From Candidatus Adlerbacteria bacterium (lineage in GTDB: Bacteria; Patescibacteriota; Minisyncoccia; Phycocordibacterales; SBAW01), in the NCBI GenBank assembly GCA_903878285.1, contig CAIRHB010000013.1, positions 1 through 63,393 of the forward strand: a stretch of DNA of 63,393 bases. The letters are read 5' to 3'. The notes under the pieces were generated by a model. The model was not told where the DNA came from and did no database searches. It was given only the letters and a program-made list of their open reading frames with translations. The position numbers and the translations under genes were made by a program. Below are positions 55,701 through 63,393 of this stretch, piece by piece. The first letter of the stretch is position 1. Each line of letters begins with the position of its first letter.

Positions 55701-56780
55701 TTATTTTTTTACTTTCTTGTTTCTTACAAATATTCGTTTAAATGTCTCTTTACCATTCAGATGCGAACCTCTACCATACACTCCATTCGGATCTTGATCT
55801 ACGCCTCGATTTGATCCAATAATCTCAAATTGCTCTGGATTATATTTATCAAGAAAAGTAATTGGCACCCCCATGACACCGGCAAAATCCATGGGGATTT
55901 CATACACCTTTGAGACCTCAATCGCATCATAATTATCATACGTTGGATACTCCTCTGGTGTATATTTTTTATACAAGGTCATTTCTTCGTGGCGTTTTAT
56001 AGTATCCAGATTTGTAAACCATACAACACTACCCATACTGAAATACTTGATACCATTTTCAATTTTTATTCGTGATTCCGTTGGAATATCATAATCCATG
56101 GGCACTTGAAACCACTTTGTACCACCATTATCATAACCGAGCCACAATTTATTTTCTTTAATAAATTTAAATACCTCTTTGTAGATAATCGCGTTTTGAT
56201 TTCCAAGAATCAAAAACTTTTTATCGTATTCCATCAGCTGCGCGACAAACTCGCGAAAGAGCGAAAATGGCGGATTAGTAACAATAATGTCCGCCTGTTG
56301 TAACAACTCAATACACTCCGCACTGCGGAAATCGCCCGCACTATACGTAACATCATCTGGCAAGTGTCGCGCGACATTTTTGTCACGCCTCAACAAAAGC
56401 TCAACATCCTCCAAACTTATGGCTCCGTCTGCATTTAGATCTGGTACGTCATTTATTTCGACAACATAGGGCTCTTTGTGCTCTGGTTTTAATCCCTCAA
56501 TAGCAAATAGTGGGAGCTGTTTCCCGACAATAGGGCTTTTGATATAGCTTGTTGCTATAAGTTTTTTTAAACCAAACGCTTTAAAGTTTGCGGCAAAATA
56601 TTTGAAGAAATTGCTCTCAAACGGATCGTCGCAATTACAATACACCACCTTGCCACGAAACTGGTCCTTGTAGTGCCTCAATTCCTTTTCAATATCAATG
56701 AGCTGAGTATAAAACTCATCCTTTTTTGCTTGACTCGCCTTATGTAGGTTTTGATTGAGTGATACGCTCGCCATACCCAT
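55701..56780 (-). CDS. EcoRI-family adenine DNA methyltransferase
   Basis: KKDEFYTQL, VYCNCDDP, GDFRS.EC, TNPPFSLF, MGVPITF; AT-rich. Confidence 0.92.
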   Translation of the reverse strand: MGMASVSLNQNLHKASQAKKDEFYTQLIDIEKELRHYKDQFRGKVVYCNCDDPFESNFFKYFAANFKAFGLKKLIATSYIKSPIVGKQLPLFAIEGLKPEHKEPYVVEINDVPDLNADGAISLEDVELLLRRDKNVARHLPDDVTYSAGDFRSAECIELLQQADIIVTNPPFSLFREFVAQLMEYDKKFLILGNQNAIIYKEVFKFIKENKLWLGYDNGGTKWFQVPMDYDIPTESRIKIENGIKYFSMGSVVWFTNLDTIKRHEEMTLYKKYTPEEYPTYDNYDAIEVSKVYEIPMDFAGVMGVPITFLDKYNPEQFEIIGSNRGVDQDPNGVYGRGSHLNGKETFKRIFVRNKKVKK

Positions 56781-56831
56781 ATACTACCCCCTCCGCAAGA
56801 TACCGCCACCCCACGCATGCACACCTGCTCC

Positions 56832-59144
56832 CTATTTTGCAACCGCGAGCGCGTCTTCGAACTTGATGGAAAGGAGTTTGGAGATCCCGTCGGAGCCCAT
56901 CGTGACGCCATAGAGGACGCCCGCGCGGGACATGGTTTCGCGGTTGTGGGTGATGACGATGAGCTGCGAGCGCTGCGCCAAGACCTCGATCATGTCGCCA
57001 TAGCGGCGCGAGTTCGCCTCGTCGAGCGCCGCATCTGTTTCATCAAGTATCAAAAACGGCGGAGGGTTGACCTGCGACATCGCGAAGATGAGCGCAATTG
57101 AGGTGAGCGCGCGCTCGCCGCCCGAGAGCATGTGCAGACCTTTAACACGTTTGTGTGGCAGCGAAATATCGACCTCGACGCCGTCGTTTTTATGCGCGTT
57201 TACTCGCGCGGTCGCGTCTTGCACAACACCGCCGCGGAGAGAATCATCCGCATCTGACGCACGGTATTTTGGCGAAAACTCGCTTGCACTTGTAGCATCA
57301 TCAGTGTCGTCGTCCGCATCATCACGCGCAGATTGGATAAGAGACAGTGTCGCACTCCCGCCGCCGAAGACGAGTTTAAAAAATCGGTCGAACTCGGCGG
57401 CGACGGTCGCGATCCCACTCGCGAAGCGCTCCTCCAACGTCGCCGTCAACTCCGCAATCAGTTGGTTGAGCGATGTGGCACTCTGTTCAAGATCAGCGAG
57501 CTCGCGGGCGAGAAACTGCTCGCGTTCGACGGTTTCTTTATGTTCGCGCAGCACCTCGGCAGCATTTGCTGCACCACTTTCCTCGACTTTAATTTTGAGT
57601 CGCTCCAGCTTGCGGCGGCGCTCGTCCTGGCGCTCCTGCGGCTCGTCGACAATGTCCGCATCCGACAGTGGCTCGCCGCTCTCGCTTCGCACTTCATAAC
57701 TGTCATAGTCGGCGATGGCACGGCCAACCAGCGCAGCTGCCTCGCCGAGCTCGAGCCGAAACTGCTCCTGCGCGCGCGACAGCGTCTCGGCACGTGCGCG
57801 CAGCTCGGCGATTACTGTCTCCAACTCGCTCCGGCGCGCCATCGCGGCAAAGAGCTCACGCTCACCTTCGCGGTTGGCATCTTTTTCGCTATCAATTTTT
57901 GCACGAAGCGCCACGACCGCATCACTCACTTCTTTCGCCTTTTGCTCTACAGCAGCGAGTTCTGTCTCGAGTGAGTGCTTTTTTTGATTGAGCTCGTCGG
58001 CCGAGATGCGCGGCTGCTCGACCTTCACCATCCGACGCAAGAAATCTTTTGCGAGGACAATCAGCGCCTGCAAAGCGTGGCGCATCGTCGCCTCGTCGTG
58101 CGAAAGCGCCTGCGCCAACTCCGCCTCGACTGTCTGTGCGAACTCGCGCGCTTGGGTGGCAGGCACGCTGTCGACCATCGTGGTGACAATCCGCGCCTGC
58201 GCGGCGAGCTCGCCCTCGACCCGGCCCAGCTCGCGGCCGAGGCTGTCGCGCCGCGCGGCGAGCCGCCGACCCTCGTCCTCGAGGTGCACCAGCTCGGACG
58301 CGCCTGCGTCATGCTGTTTTTGCGCGAGTGCCGCGCGCAGCGCGGCAATGCGCGTGCCGAGTGTTGCATACTCTTCCTGTGGGATGCGTCGCTCCTCTGC
58401 CAAGAGCAGTTGCCCGACGCGAATGCGCACGCTCTCGCGTTTCAAATATTCTAGATACATCTCGGCGAGCGAGTCGCGCAACTTCTGCGACTCCTCAATT
58501 TTCTTGACCTGCGCACCGAGGTAGCGCAAGTGCGGTGCCAGCTCGCGGCGCAGGCCCTCGACCTCGCGCATATTCTCGGCGGTCTTCTCCAACTTCTTTA
58601 GCGCCTCAACTTTTTTATACAAAAATGCCGTAAGCCCGAGCGCGTCCTCGATCATCTCGCGCCGCTCCTTCGGCGAGCAGGTGAGCACACGGTCGGCCTC
58701 GCCCTGCGAGATAATATGGTGCCCCGATGCGCCGATGTTCGCCGATGCCAAGAGCTCAGTAATATCGCGCAGGCGCACCTGGCTGCCATTCAACACATAC
58801 TCGTTCCCACCATCGCGGTTGACCACGCGCTCGATAGTCACCTCGTCAAAATCGACATTAAGCAATCGCTTACCACCAACTGATGGATTATCAAATACCA
58901 ACTTTACGCTCGCTCGCCCCGCGCGCGGCACCGCCGCCGAGCCATTCCAGATCATATCCTCGCCACGCTTGCCGCGCATCGACTTCATCGACTGCTCGCC
59001 GAGCACAAAGCGAAACGACTCGGCGATGTTCGACTTCCCTGAGCCGTTCGGCCCCACAATCGACGTAATCGCCGTGGCAAACGCCAAGGGCGTCCGTTTT
59101 GCAAACGATTTAAATCCGCTCAACTCAATCGACTTCAGGCGCAT
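56832..59144 (-). CDS. smc: Short SMC-family ATPase
   Basis: GFKSFA, GPNGSGKSN, IISQG, LSGGE, ILDETDAALD, ITHN. Confidence 0.92.
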   Translation of the reverse strand: MRLKSIELSGFKSFAKRTPLAFATAITSIVGPNGSGKSNIAESFRFVLGEQSMKSMRGKRGEDMIWNGSAAVPRAGRASVKLVFDNPSVGGKRLLNVDFDEVTIERVVNRDGGNEYVLNGSQVRLRDITELLASANIGASGHHIISQGEADRVLTCSPKERREMIEDALGLTAFLYKKVEALKKLEKTAENMREVEGLRRELAPHLRYLGAQVKKIEESQKLRDSLAEMYLEYLKRESVRIRVGQLLLAEERRIPQEEYATLGTRIAALRAALAQKQHDAGASELVHLEDEGRRLAARRDSLGRELGRVEGELAAQARIVTTMVDSVPATQAREFAQTVEAELAQALSHDEATMRHALQALIVLAKDFLRRMVKVEQPRISADELNQKKHSLETELAAVEQKAKEVSDAVVALRAKIDSEKDANREGERELFAAMARRSELETVIAELRARAETLSRAQEQFRLELGEAAALVGRAIADYDSYEVRSESGEPLSDADIVDEPQERQDERRRKLERLKIKVEESGAANAAEVLREHKETVEREQFLARELADLEQSATSLNQLIAELTATLEERFASGIATVAAEFDRFFKLVFGGGSATLSLIQSARDDADDDTDDATSASEFSPKYRASDADDSLRGGVVQDATARVNAHKNDGVEVDISLPHKRVKGLHMLSGGERALTSIALIFAMSQVNPPPFLILDETDAALDEANSRRYGDMIEVLAQRSQLIVITHNRETMSRAGVLYGVTMGSDGISKLLSIKFEDALAVAK

Positions 59145-59188
59145 GTGGGTATTGTAGCAAGAAATGGTCAGGTGTTATACTAGTCTAC

Positions 59189-59620
59189 ATGGAGAAGACA
59201 GACTTCAATCAGCTAGATACAAAACTCGACGCAATAGTGAGCAGTATATTGGTGCTTACTGGTCGATTTGATACACTCGAGCACAGGTTTGATACCCTCG
59301 AACACAAGTTCGACGCATTGGAGCATAGGTTTGATACGTTCGAGAAGAATGTATCGGATCGGTTTGATGTGCTCGAACATAGATTTGATACGCTGGAGCA
59401 AAAGGTTACTGCATTAGGTGAGAAAGTAGATACTCTCGACAGCAACCTGTCTGACCTGACAGAGATCGTCGTCGCGATAAAAGACAAACTCGAAGACAAC
59501 GATGAGCGGCTTGAGATTGCCGAGGGCAACATCAACGGACTTCACCGCCGCATCGACGCCGAGGTCGATTCCCGCGTCGCACTTGAGGCATTCGTCAGCA
59601 AACACATCCCGGTGGCATAA
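59189..59620 (+). CDS. Coiled-coil heptad-repeat protein
   Basis: Repeated (R/K)FD(T/A/V)LE(H/Q); TGTTATACT 7 nt before ATG. Confidence 0.8.
   Translation: MEKTDFNQLDTKLDAIVSSILVLTGRFDTLEHRFDTLEHKFDALEHRFDTFEKNVSDRFDVLEHRFDTLEQKVTALGEKVDTLDSNLSDLTEIVVAIKDKLEDNDERLEIAEGNINGLHRRIDAEVDSRVALEAFVSKHIPVA
59264..59401 (+). repeat. Degenerate 21-bp coding tandem repeats
   Basis: About 6 units like CGATTTGATACACTCGAGCAC. Confidence 0.75.
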
Positions 59621-59633
59621 CACTGGCGCATAC

Positions 59634-60380
59634 TTACCGCAGCTTGTACAAAAATCCGTTTCGGCTCCAAAACCATAGTGGTGGATGCATTTCTATCGGC
59701 GAGATTCCAGAACCATCGAGCAAATTTCGCCAACGCTCAGAAATAGCTTCTTTTGAAAGCGTCTTCGCCTCGTTTTCAGTCAACACGCCGAGCTGCACCG
59801 AGCATTGCGTGATGTGCGTATCGGGCGCAATCTCTATATGTTCTTTGTTCCGTAAATCTACCTTCCCATATTCGCCCAAGATAAAAGACCAGTAGTTAAA
59901 GATCTTTGGTCCAGATACATACGGGAACCCTTTCTTGTGTCGCGCTTGGACAATATCTCGCAAGAGCAAAAAATCATTATTGGTCGCCTGCATCAATTTT
60001 GAAAAACTTCCCCATTCAGTATGCACGGTGTGCGCTATTCTCTTCCAAGTATCGATGTGTTTATTTGGCTGCAATGCAACTTTATGCTTGAGTAACTTTC
60101 TTCGCAACACATCGTCAGACATGCTCGAGACAATCTCCACAGCAAACACATCTTTTGTATCTGGGTCATTCCATGTTTGCAACGCCGACCTCCACAAGGC
60201 GTAACTATCCCGCTGATAATTAAGCGCCATAGGCAATGTAAAATACGCCAACCGCATTTCGGTTTGGTCATCCAAAAAAGCAGGGCTATTGTCCTCTGGC
60301 ATCGTCGTCTGCCCAAGCTGCCCCGTTTTGTACGCTTCCAGCAAACTCTTACAATCTGTAAGTAGTTGTTCTTTATTCAT
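59634..60380 (-). CDS. HhH-GPD superfamily DNA glycosylase-like protein
   Basis: FPYVSGPK (HhH-like) and IAPDTH (PVDTH-like Asp); no FeS motif. Confidence 0.7.
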   Translation of the reverse strand: MNKEQLLTDCKSLLEAYKTGQLGQTTMPEDNSPAFLDDQTEMRLAYFTLPMALNYQRDSYALWRSALQTWNDPDTKDVFAVEIVSSMSDDVLRRKLLKHKVALQPNKHIDTWKRIAHTVHTEWGSFSKLMQATNNDFLLLRDIVQARHKKGFPYVSGPKIFNYWSFILGEYGKVDLRNKEHIEIAPDTHITQCSVQLGVLTENEAKTLSKEAISERWRNLLDGSGISPIEMHPPLWFWSRNGFLYKLR

Positions 60381-60688
60381 CGCTGCTTGAGTTCTACCTC
60401 CTCTTTATGTAAATCGAACTTGACCACAAACGCATCAAAGAAGCCTCTCTGCCCGACCAGTCCATACGGCATCGCGCGCCCAGCAACCTGCGGCATAAAC
60501 ACCTCGCGCGGCTTACCATCTGCCACCTTGATACCAACAGCTTCGCCAATCTCCGCATCAAACAGACACAGGTCGGCGCCCGAGTCCACCAGCACCTCAT
60601 ATCGGACTGATTCATCCTTCTTACCTCGCACCCGAATCTCAATCACCGGGCGCAAAACCTGTCCGTATTTCTTGTATCGAAACTTCAT
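60377..60688 (-). CDS. Retropepsin-like aspartyl protease (short)
   Basis: RPVIEI, LVDSGAD, LVGQRGFF. Confidence 0.8.
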   Translation of the reverse strand: MKFRYKKYGQVLRPVIEIRVRGKKDESVRYEVLVDSGADLCLFDAEIGEAVGIKVADGKPREVFMPQVAGRAMPYGLVGQRGFFDAFVVKFDLHKEEVELKQR

Positions 60689-60879
60689 ATCGCGCCGACG
60701 TATGCTTCTACGTTTTCTGGCATGCGAGTAAGAATCGGGTCATGATTCCCCGCGTCTCTTGCCTTCTGTAGTGCATCACGGAGTGTCTTGCCCGAGCCAA
60801 GCACTGTCAGCTCATCGTCCGCAAGTGCAACCCACAATCCTTTATATTTCTTCTGTGTTTTAGTCCAGTCGATTGCCAT
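60685..60879 (-). CDS. DUF5678-like small protein
   Basis: KYKGLWVAL, VLGSGKT..DAL..A, P.L..MP. Confidence 0.8.
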   Translation of the reverse strand: MAIDWTKTQKKYKGLWVALADDELTVLGSGKTLRDALQKARDAGNHDPILTRMPENVEAYVGAI

Positions 60880-60907
60880 ACAACTAGTATATCAAATTAC
60901 CCATCAG

Positions 60908-61600
60908 CTACCACCCCTTTGCCTCAAGTGCGCGGCGCGCGGCGGTTTGCTCGGCCTCTTGTTTGGATTTGCCTTCGCCCTGCGCAAGGAGTATCTCTTT
61001 AACATACACCCCAACGAGAAAGTGTTTGTCGTGGTCGGGGCCGGTCTCCTTGAGCACCGAGTAGTATGGCGTTGATCCCTCGACCTCTTGCGCCTTTTCC
61101 TGCAGGGTCGACTTAGCATCCTGCCACAGACGCTTCTCGAGAATGTCGGTGAGTTTTGGTAGAAGCGACATGGCGATAAACTGCTTCGCTGCGTCGTAGC
61201 CTTGGTCGATGTAGATTGCGCCCACCACTGCCTCGAACGCGTTCGCGAGCAAAATCTGCCGCGCACGACCATTGTCCTTTGCCTCGCCACGCGAGAGCAA
61301 TAGGTAGTCGTTCATCCCCAACTCGCCCGCTACCTCAGCGCAGGTAACCGCGTTGACCAGCGCCGCGCGGTAGGACGTCAACTCGCCTTCATCTTTGTGT
61401 GGAAATGTTTCGAACAAGTAGTGCGTCGAGACAAGCTCGAGCACTGCGTCGCCGAGGAACTCGAGCCGCTCGTTGTGGGTGAGCGCCTCGCCGCGATGCT
61501 CGTTGATGTATGAGCGGTGCGTAAACGCTTGACGCAAGAGTGCCTGATCGTGGAACGAGAATCCTAATTTCCCTTCAAATGTCGTAAAATCTTTTTCCAT
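60908..61600 (-). CDS. rnc: Ribonuclease III
   Basis: THRSY, NERLEFLGDAVL, FEAVVGAIY, dsRBD. Confidence 0.97.
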   Translation of the reverse strand: MEKDFTTFEGKLGFSFHDQALLRQAFTHRSYINEHRGEALTHNERLEFLGDAVLELVSTHYLFETFPHKDEGELTSYRAALVNAVTCAEVAGELGMNDYLLLSRGEAKDNGRARQILLANAFEAVVGAIYIDQGYDAAKQFIAMSLLPKLTDILEKRLWQDAKSTLQEKAQEVEGSTPYYSVLKETGPDHDKHFLVGVYVKEILLAQGEGKSKQEAEQTAARRALEAKGW

Positions 61601-61608
61601 AGCATCCG

Positions 61609-62499
61609 TTACTTAGTGGCCAGTTGTTCTACCCCTTTGAGCACGACTGGCAGCATATCGTCATAAAAGTTGAGCTCGAGCGCGTCCTTGAGAAGAAACC
61701 ATTTTGCATCATCGAGCCCGCCCTTCTGCGCAAGCGCAATGTCCGTAAACGGCGACTCTGCGAGAAAGTAAATCACATGCTTGCGCTTTTTGCCGACCGC
61801 GGGGTCGGACGCGACGTACTCGTTCTCGCCCAAGCGCTCTTTAGGGGTGATGTCGAGCCCAATCTCCTCTTTGATCTTGCGCACCACACCTGCCTCTGGT
61901 GTCTCTTCGGGAATGAGCTTGCCCTTCGACAGTGTCCAATGCCCGAAGATGTCATGCACGAGTGCAAGATACACCTCTGCACCTTGATGCGCAAACACAA
62001 CCGCACCGACGAGCCGCTCCAGCGGGAGTTGGTCATACGGCACGTCTTTTTTCTTTTTAGAAATCTCGTCCTTGCCTGGCTCGCCGAGCTCTTTGTAGAC
62101 CGCGCCGAGAACGCCGTTGACGAAGCGGCCGCTGTTGTCGCCGCCGAAGCTTTTTGCTAGCTCGATCGCCTCGTTGATGGCAACCTTCGCGGGAACTTTT
62201 TCTCGATCAGAAAAGAGGAGCTCGAAGAGCCCGAGCCGCAGGACGTTGCGGTCGATCGGCGCGATGCGCTCGATAGGCCACTCGGGCGCCGCTTTTTCGA
62301 TCACCAGGTCGAGGTCGACCCTGTGCGAGAGCGTGCCGCGGAGGAGCTCCTCCATAAACGGCAAATCCCCCGCGCCGGGGGCAAACTCGTCGGCATTGCG
62401 ACGCAGGATATCGACCGCGATCGCAGAGCTGCAATCGCGAAACTCGCACTCGAAGAGTGTCTGGAGAACGACTGATCGTGAGAGGTGCCGATTTGCCAT
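61609..62499 (-). CDS. nusB: NusB fused to a C-terminal NUDIX domain
   Basis: RHLSR..LQ, DRNVLRLG, VAINEAIELAK, FVNGVLG; then KGKLIPEETPEAGVVRKIKEEIGL. Confidence 0.93.
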   Translation of the reverse strand: MANRHLSRSVVLQTLFECEFRDCSSAIAVDILRRNADEFAPGAGDLPFMEELLRGTLSHRVDLDLVIEKAAPEWPIERIAPIDRNVLRLGLFELLFSDREKVPAKVAINEAIELAKSFGGDNSGRFVNGVLGAVYKELGEPGKDEISKKKKDVPYDQLPLERLVGAVVFAHQGAEVYLALVHDIFGHWTLSKGKLIPEETPEAGVVRKIKEEIGLDITPKERLGENEYVASDPAVGKKRKHVIYFLAESPFTDIALAQKGGLDDAKWFLLKDALELNFYDDMLPVVLKGVEQLATK

Positions 62500-62575
62500 T
62501 GTGTAGAAGAACGACCCGAGGAACCGACCGCAGGGAGAGCACCGAAAGAAAATGCGCGAACAACTCTATACTACA

Positions 62576-62803
62576 CTACTTCTTCGTAGCAGCTTCTTTC
62601 TTTGCCTTCCGAGCAACTTTTGCCGTCGCCTTCTTTGCCACGTCGACGACGACGCGCCCACGGTAGCGACCACACGACGCGCATGCGCGATGCGACACGC
62701 GGACAGCGCCACACTCGCAGGTCGCGAGCGTCTGCGCCTTGAGCGCGTGATGCGAACGGCGGTTAGCCGTGTGCGCGCGCGTATGTCTCATGCGGACTAC
62801 CAT
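62576..62803 (-). CDS. rpmF: 50S ribosomal protein L32
   Basis: RRSHHAL, CECG...[13 protein letters not shown]. Confidence 0.95.
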   Translation of the reverse strand: MVVRMRHTRAHTANRRSHHALKAQTLATCECGAVRVSHRACASCGRYRGRVVVDVAKKATAKVARKAKKEAATKK

Positions 62804-62830
62804 ACTGGGCAATGTACCAAATAGACCCAT

Positions 62831-62885
62831 AAAAAGCAATCCCCCAAGCTGTGCATGCAAATGATTGCAGTGGCATAGCTCGGGG
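62831..62885 (-). terminator. Long hairpin terminator
   Basis: CCCCGAGCTATGC...GCACAGCTTGGGG then T-run (minus strand). Confidence 0.55.
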
Positions 62886-62922
62886 AACTGGAGGGCGAAT
62901 GCTACTGTAGAACTAAAATGCG

Positions 62923-63135
62923 TCAGGCAGCTTGAGACATCTGCGATGCACAAGCAATTTCAGAAATAAGCGGCGCAGGAATAATTCCAAGCATACGACA
63001 AGTTACAAGTCCTGTAGCGTACTCAATGGATATGCAACTTGAACATTTTGTACATTGGCATTTGTGTGCCGAAACAGGTCTCGAATCAGCATCGTAGACA
63101 TATCCAGTAGCAGCACTGCCTTGCGTCAACGACAC
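62923..63135 (-). CDS. Small Cys-rich orphan protein (70 aa)
   Basis: GAGGAG SD 9 nt before [12 protein letters not shown]; terminator follows. Confidence 0.45.
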   Translation of the reverse strand: MSLTQGSAATGYVYDADSRPVSAHKCQCTKCSSCISIEYATGLVTCRMLGIIPAPLISEIACASQMSQAA

Positions 63136-63332
63136 GACGACGAACTCCTCACTCTCTTTTTGTTAACATAGCCCCTTGTGGAGCTTTTGGTTTTACCCCA
63201 GGCGACGCACGGAACAGCAGACTTTTATATACCACAGAAACAGAAAAATTGCTACGATTTTTTGCGTAACCCCTCACACCCCCAATCCCCACCACCACAC
63301 CTGACCCCCTTGCGGTAATGGTACACTGTGTG

Positions 63333-63392
63333 TCAGGTATGGCGCTCACACCAGAATACATACGCACCCGCATGGTCGAGTGGCGCAATCTC
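63333..63392 (-). CDS. Possible 3' end of a gene entering from the right edge
   Basis: Open frame EIAPLDHAGAYVFWCERHT* to window edge. Confidence 0.3.
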   Translation of the reverse strand, partial: EIAPLDHAGAYVFWCERHT

Positions 63393-63393
63393 A

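Noticed and set aside
55701..56780. GAATTC specificity inferred from the EcoRI family
   Set aside because: Family membership does not fix specificity; GAATTC occurs in the window (e.g. near 13022 and 50900)
59264..59401. 21-bp repeats as CRISPR
   Set aside because: Contiguous, in-frame, varying at wobble positions and without spacers
63149..63388. 79-aa ORF
   Set aside because: Spans a G-rich tract and promoter-like DNA; no coding signal

Overview
A 63.4 kb chromosomal segment of a small-genome bacterium. It is most likely Patescibacteria/CPR (Parcubacteria-like); this is inferred from gene content, not from a search. Housekeeping genes: truB, hisS, rpoD, dnaG, a single fused rpoB-rpoC ORF (2282 aa), trmD, khpA, rpsP, rnr, a short smc, rnc, a nusB-NUDIX fusion and rpmF. 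Accessory content: secreted/surface proteins including a 2024-aa LamG/FN3 giant next to a MacB/FtsX permease, a two-component cluster, a mannose/glycan cluster (GT2, GT4, two DedA, a PMI cupin, three GH130 domains, a HAD PMM), a HigBA-like toxin-antitoxin pair, an EcoRI-type methylase plus DUF262-HNH nuclease, and a coupled DUF5678-retropepsin-HhH glycosylase-like operon. The less obvious signals are: (1) a family of short REP-like palindromes at gene boundaries, two of which sit in-frame inside trmD; (2) at least 16 genes with a -10 box 6-7 nt before the ATG (leaderless architecture), contrasting with a few orphan genes that carry Shine-Dalgarno sites; (3) a rod-shaped candidate ncRNA upstream of rpoBC; (4) a low-GC module in-frame inside the giant surface protein. 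No rRNA, tRNA, CRISPR array or transposase was recognised by eye. All family calls come from motif recognition only.
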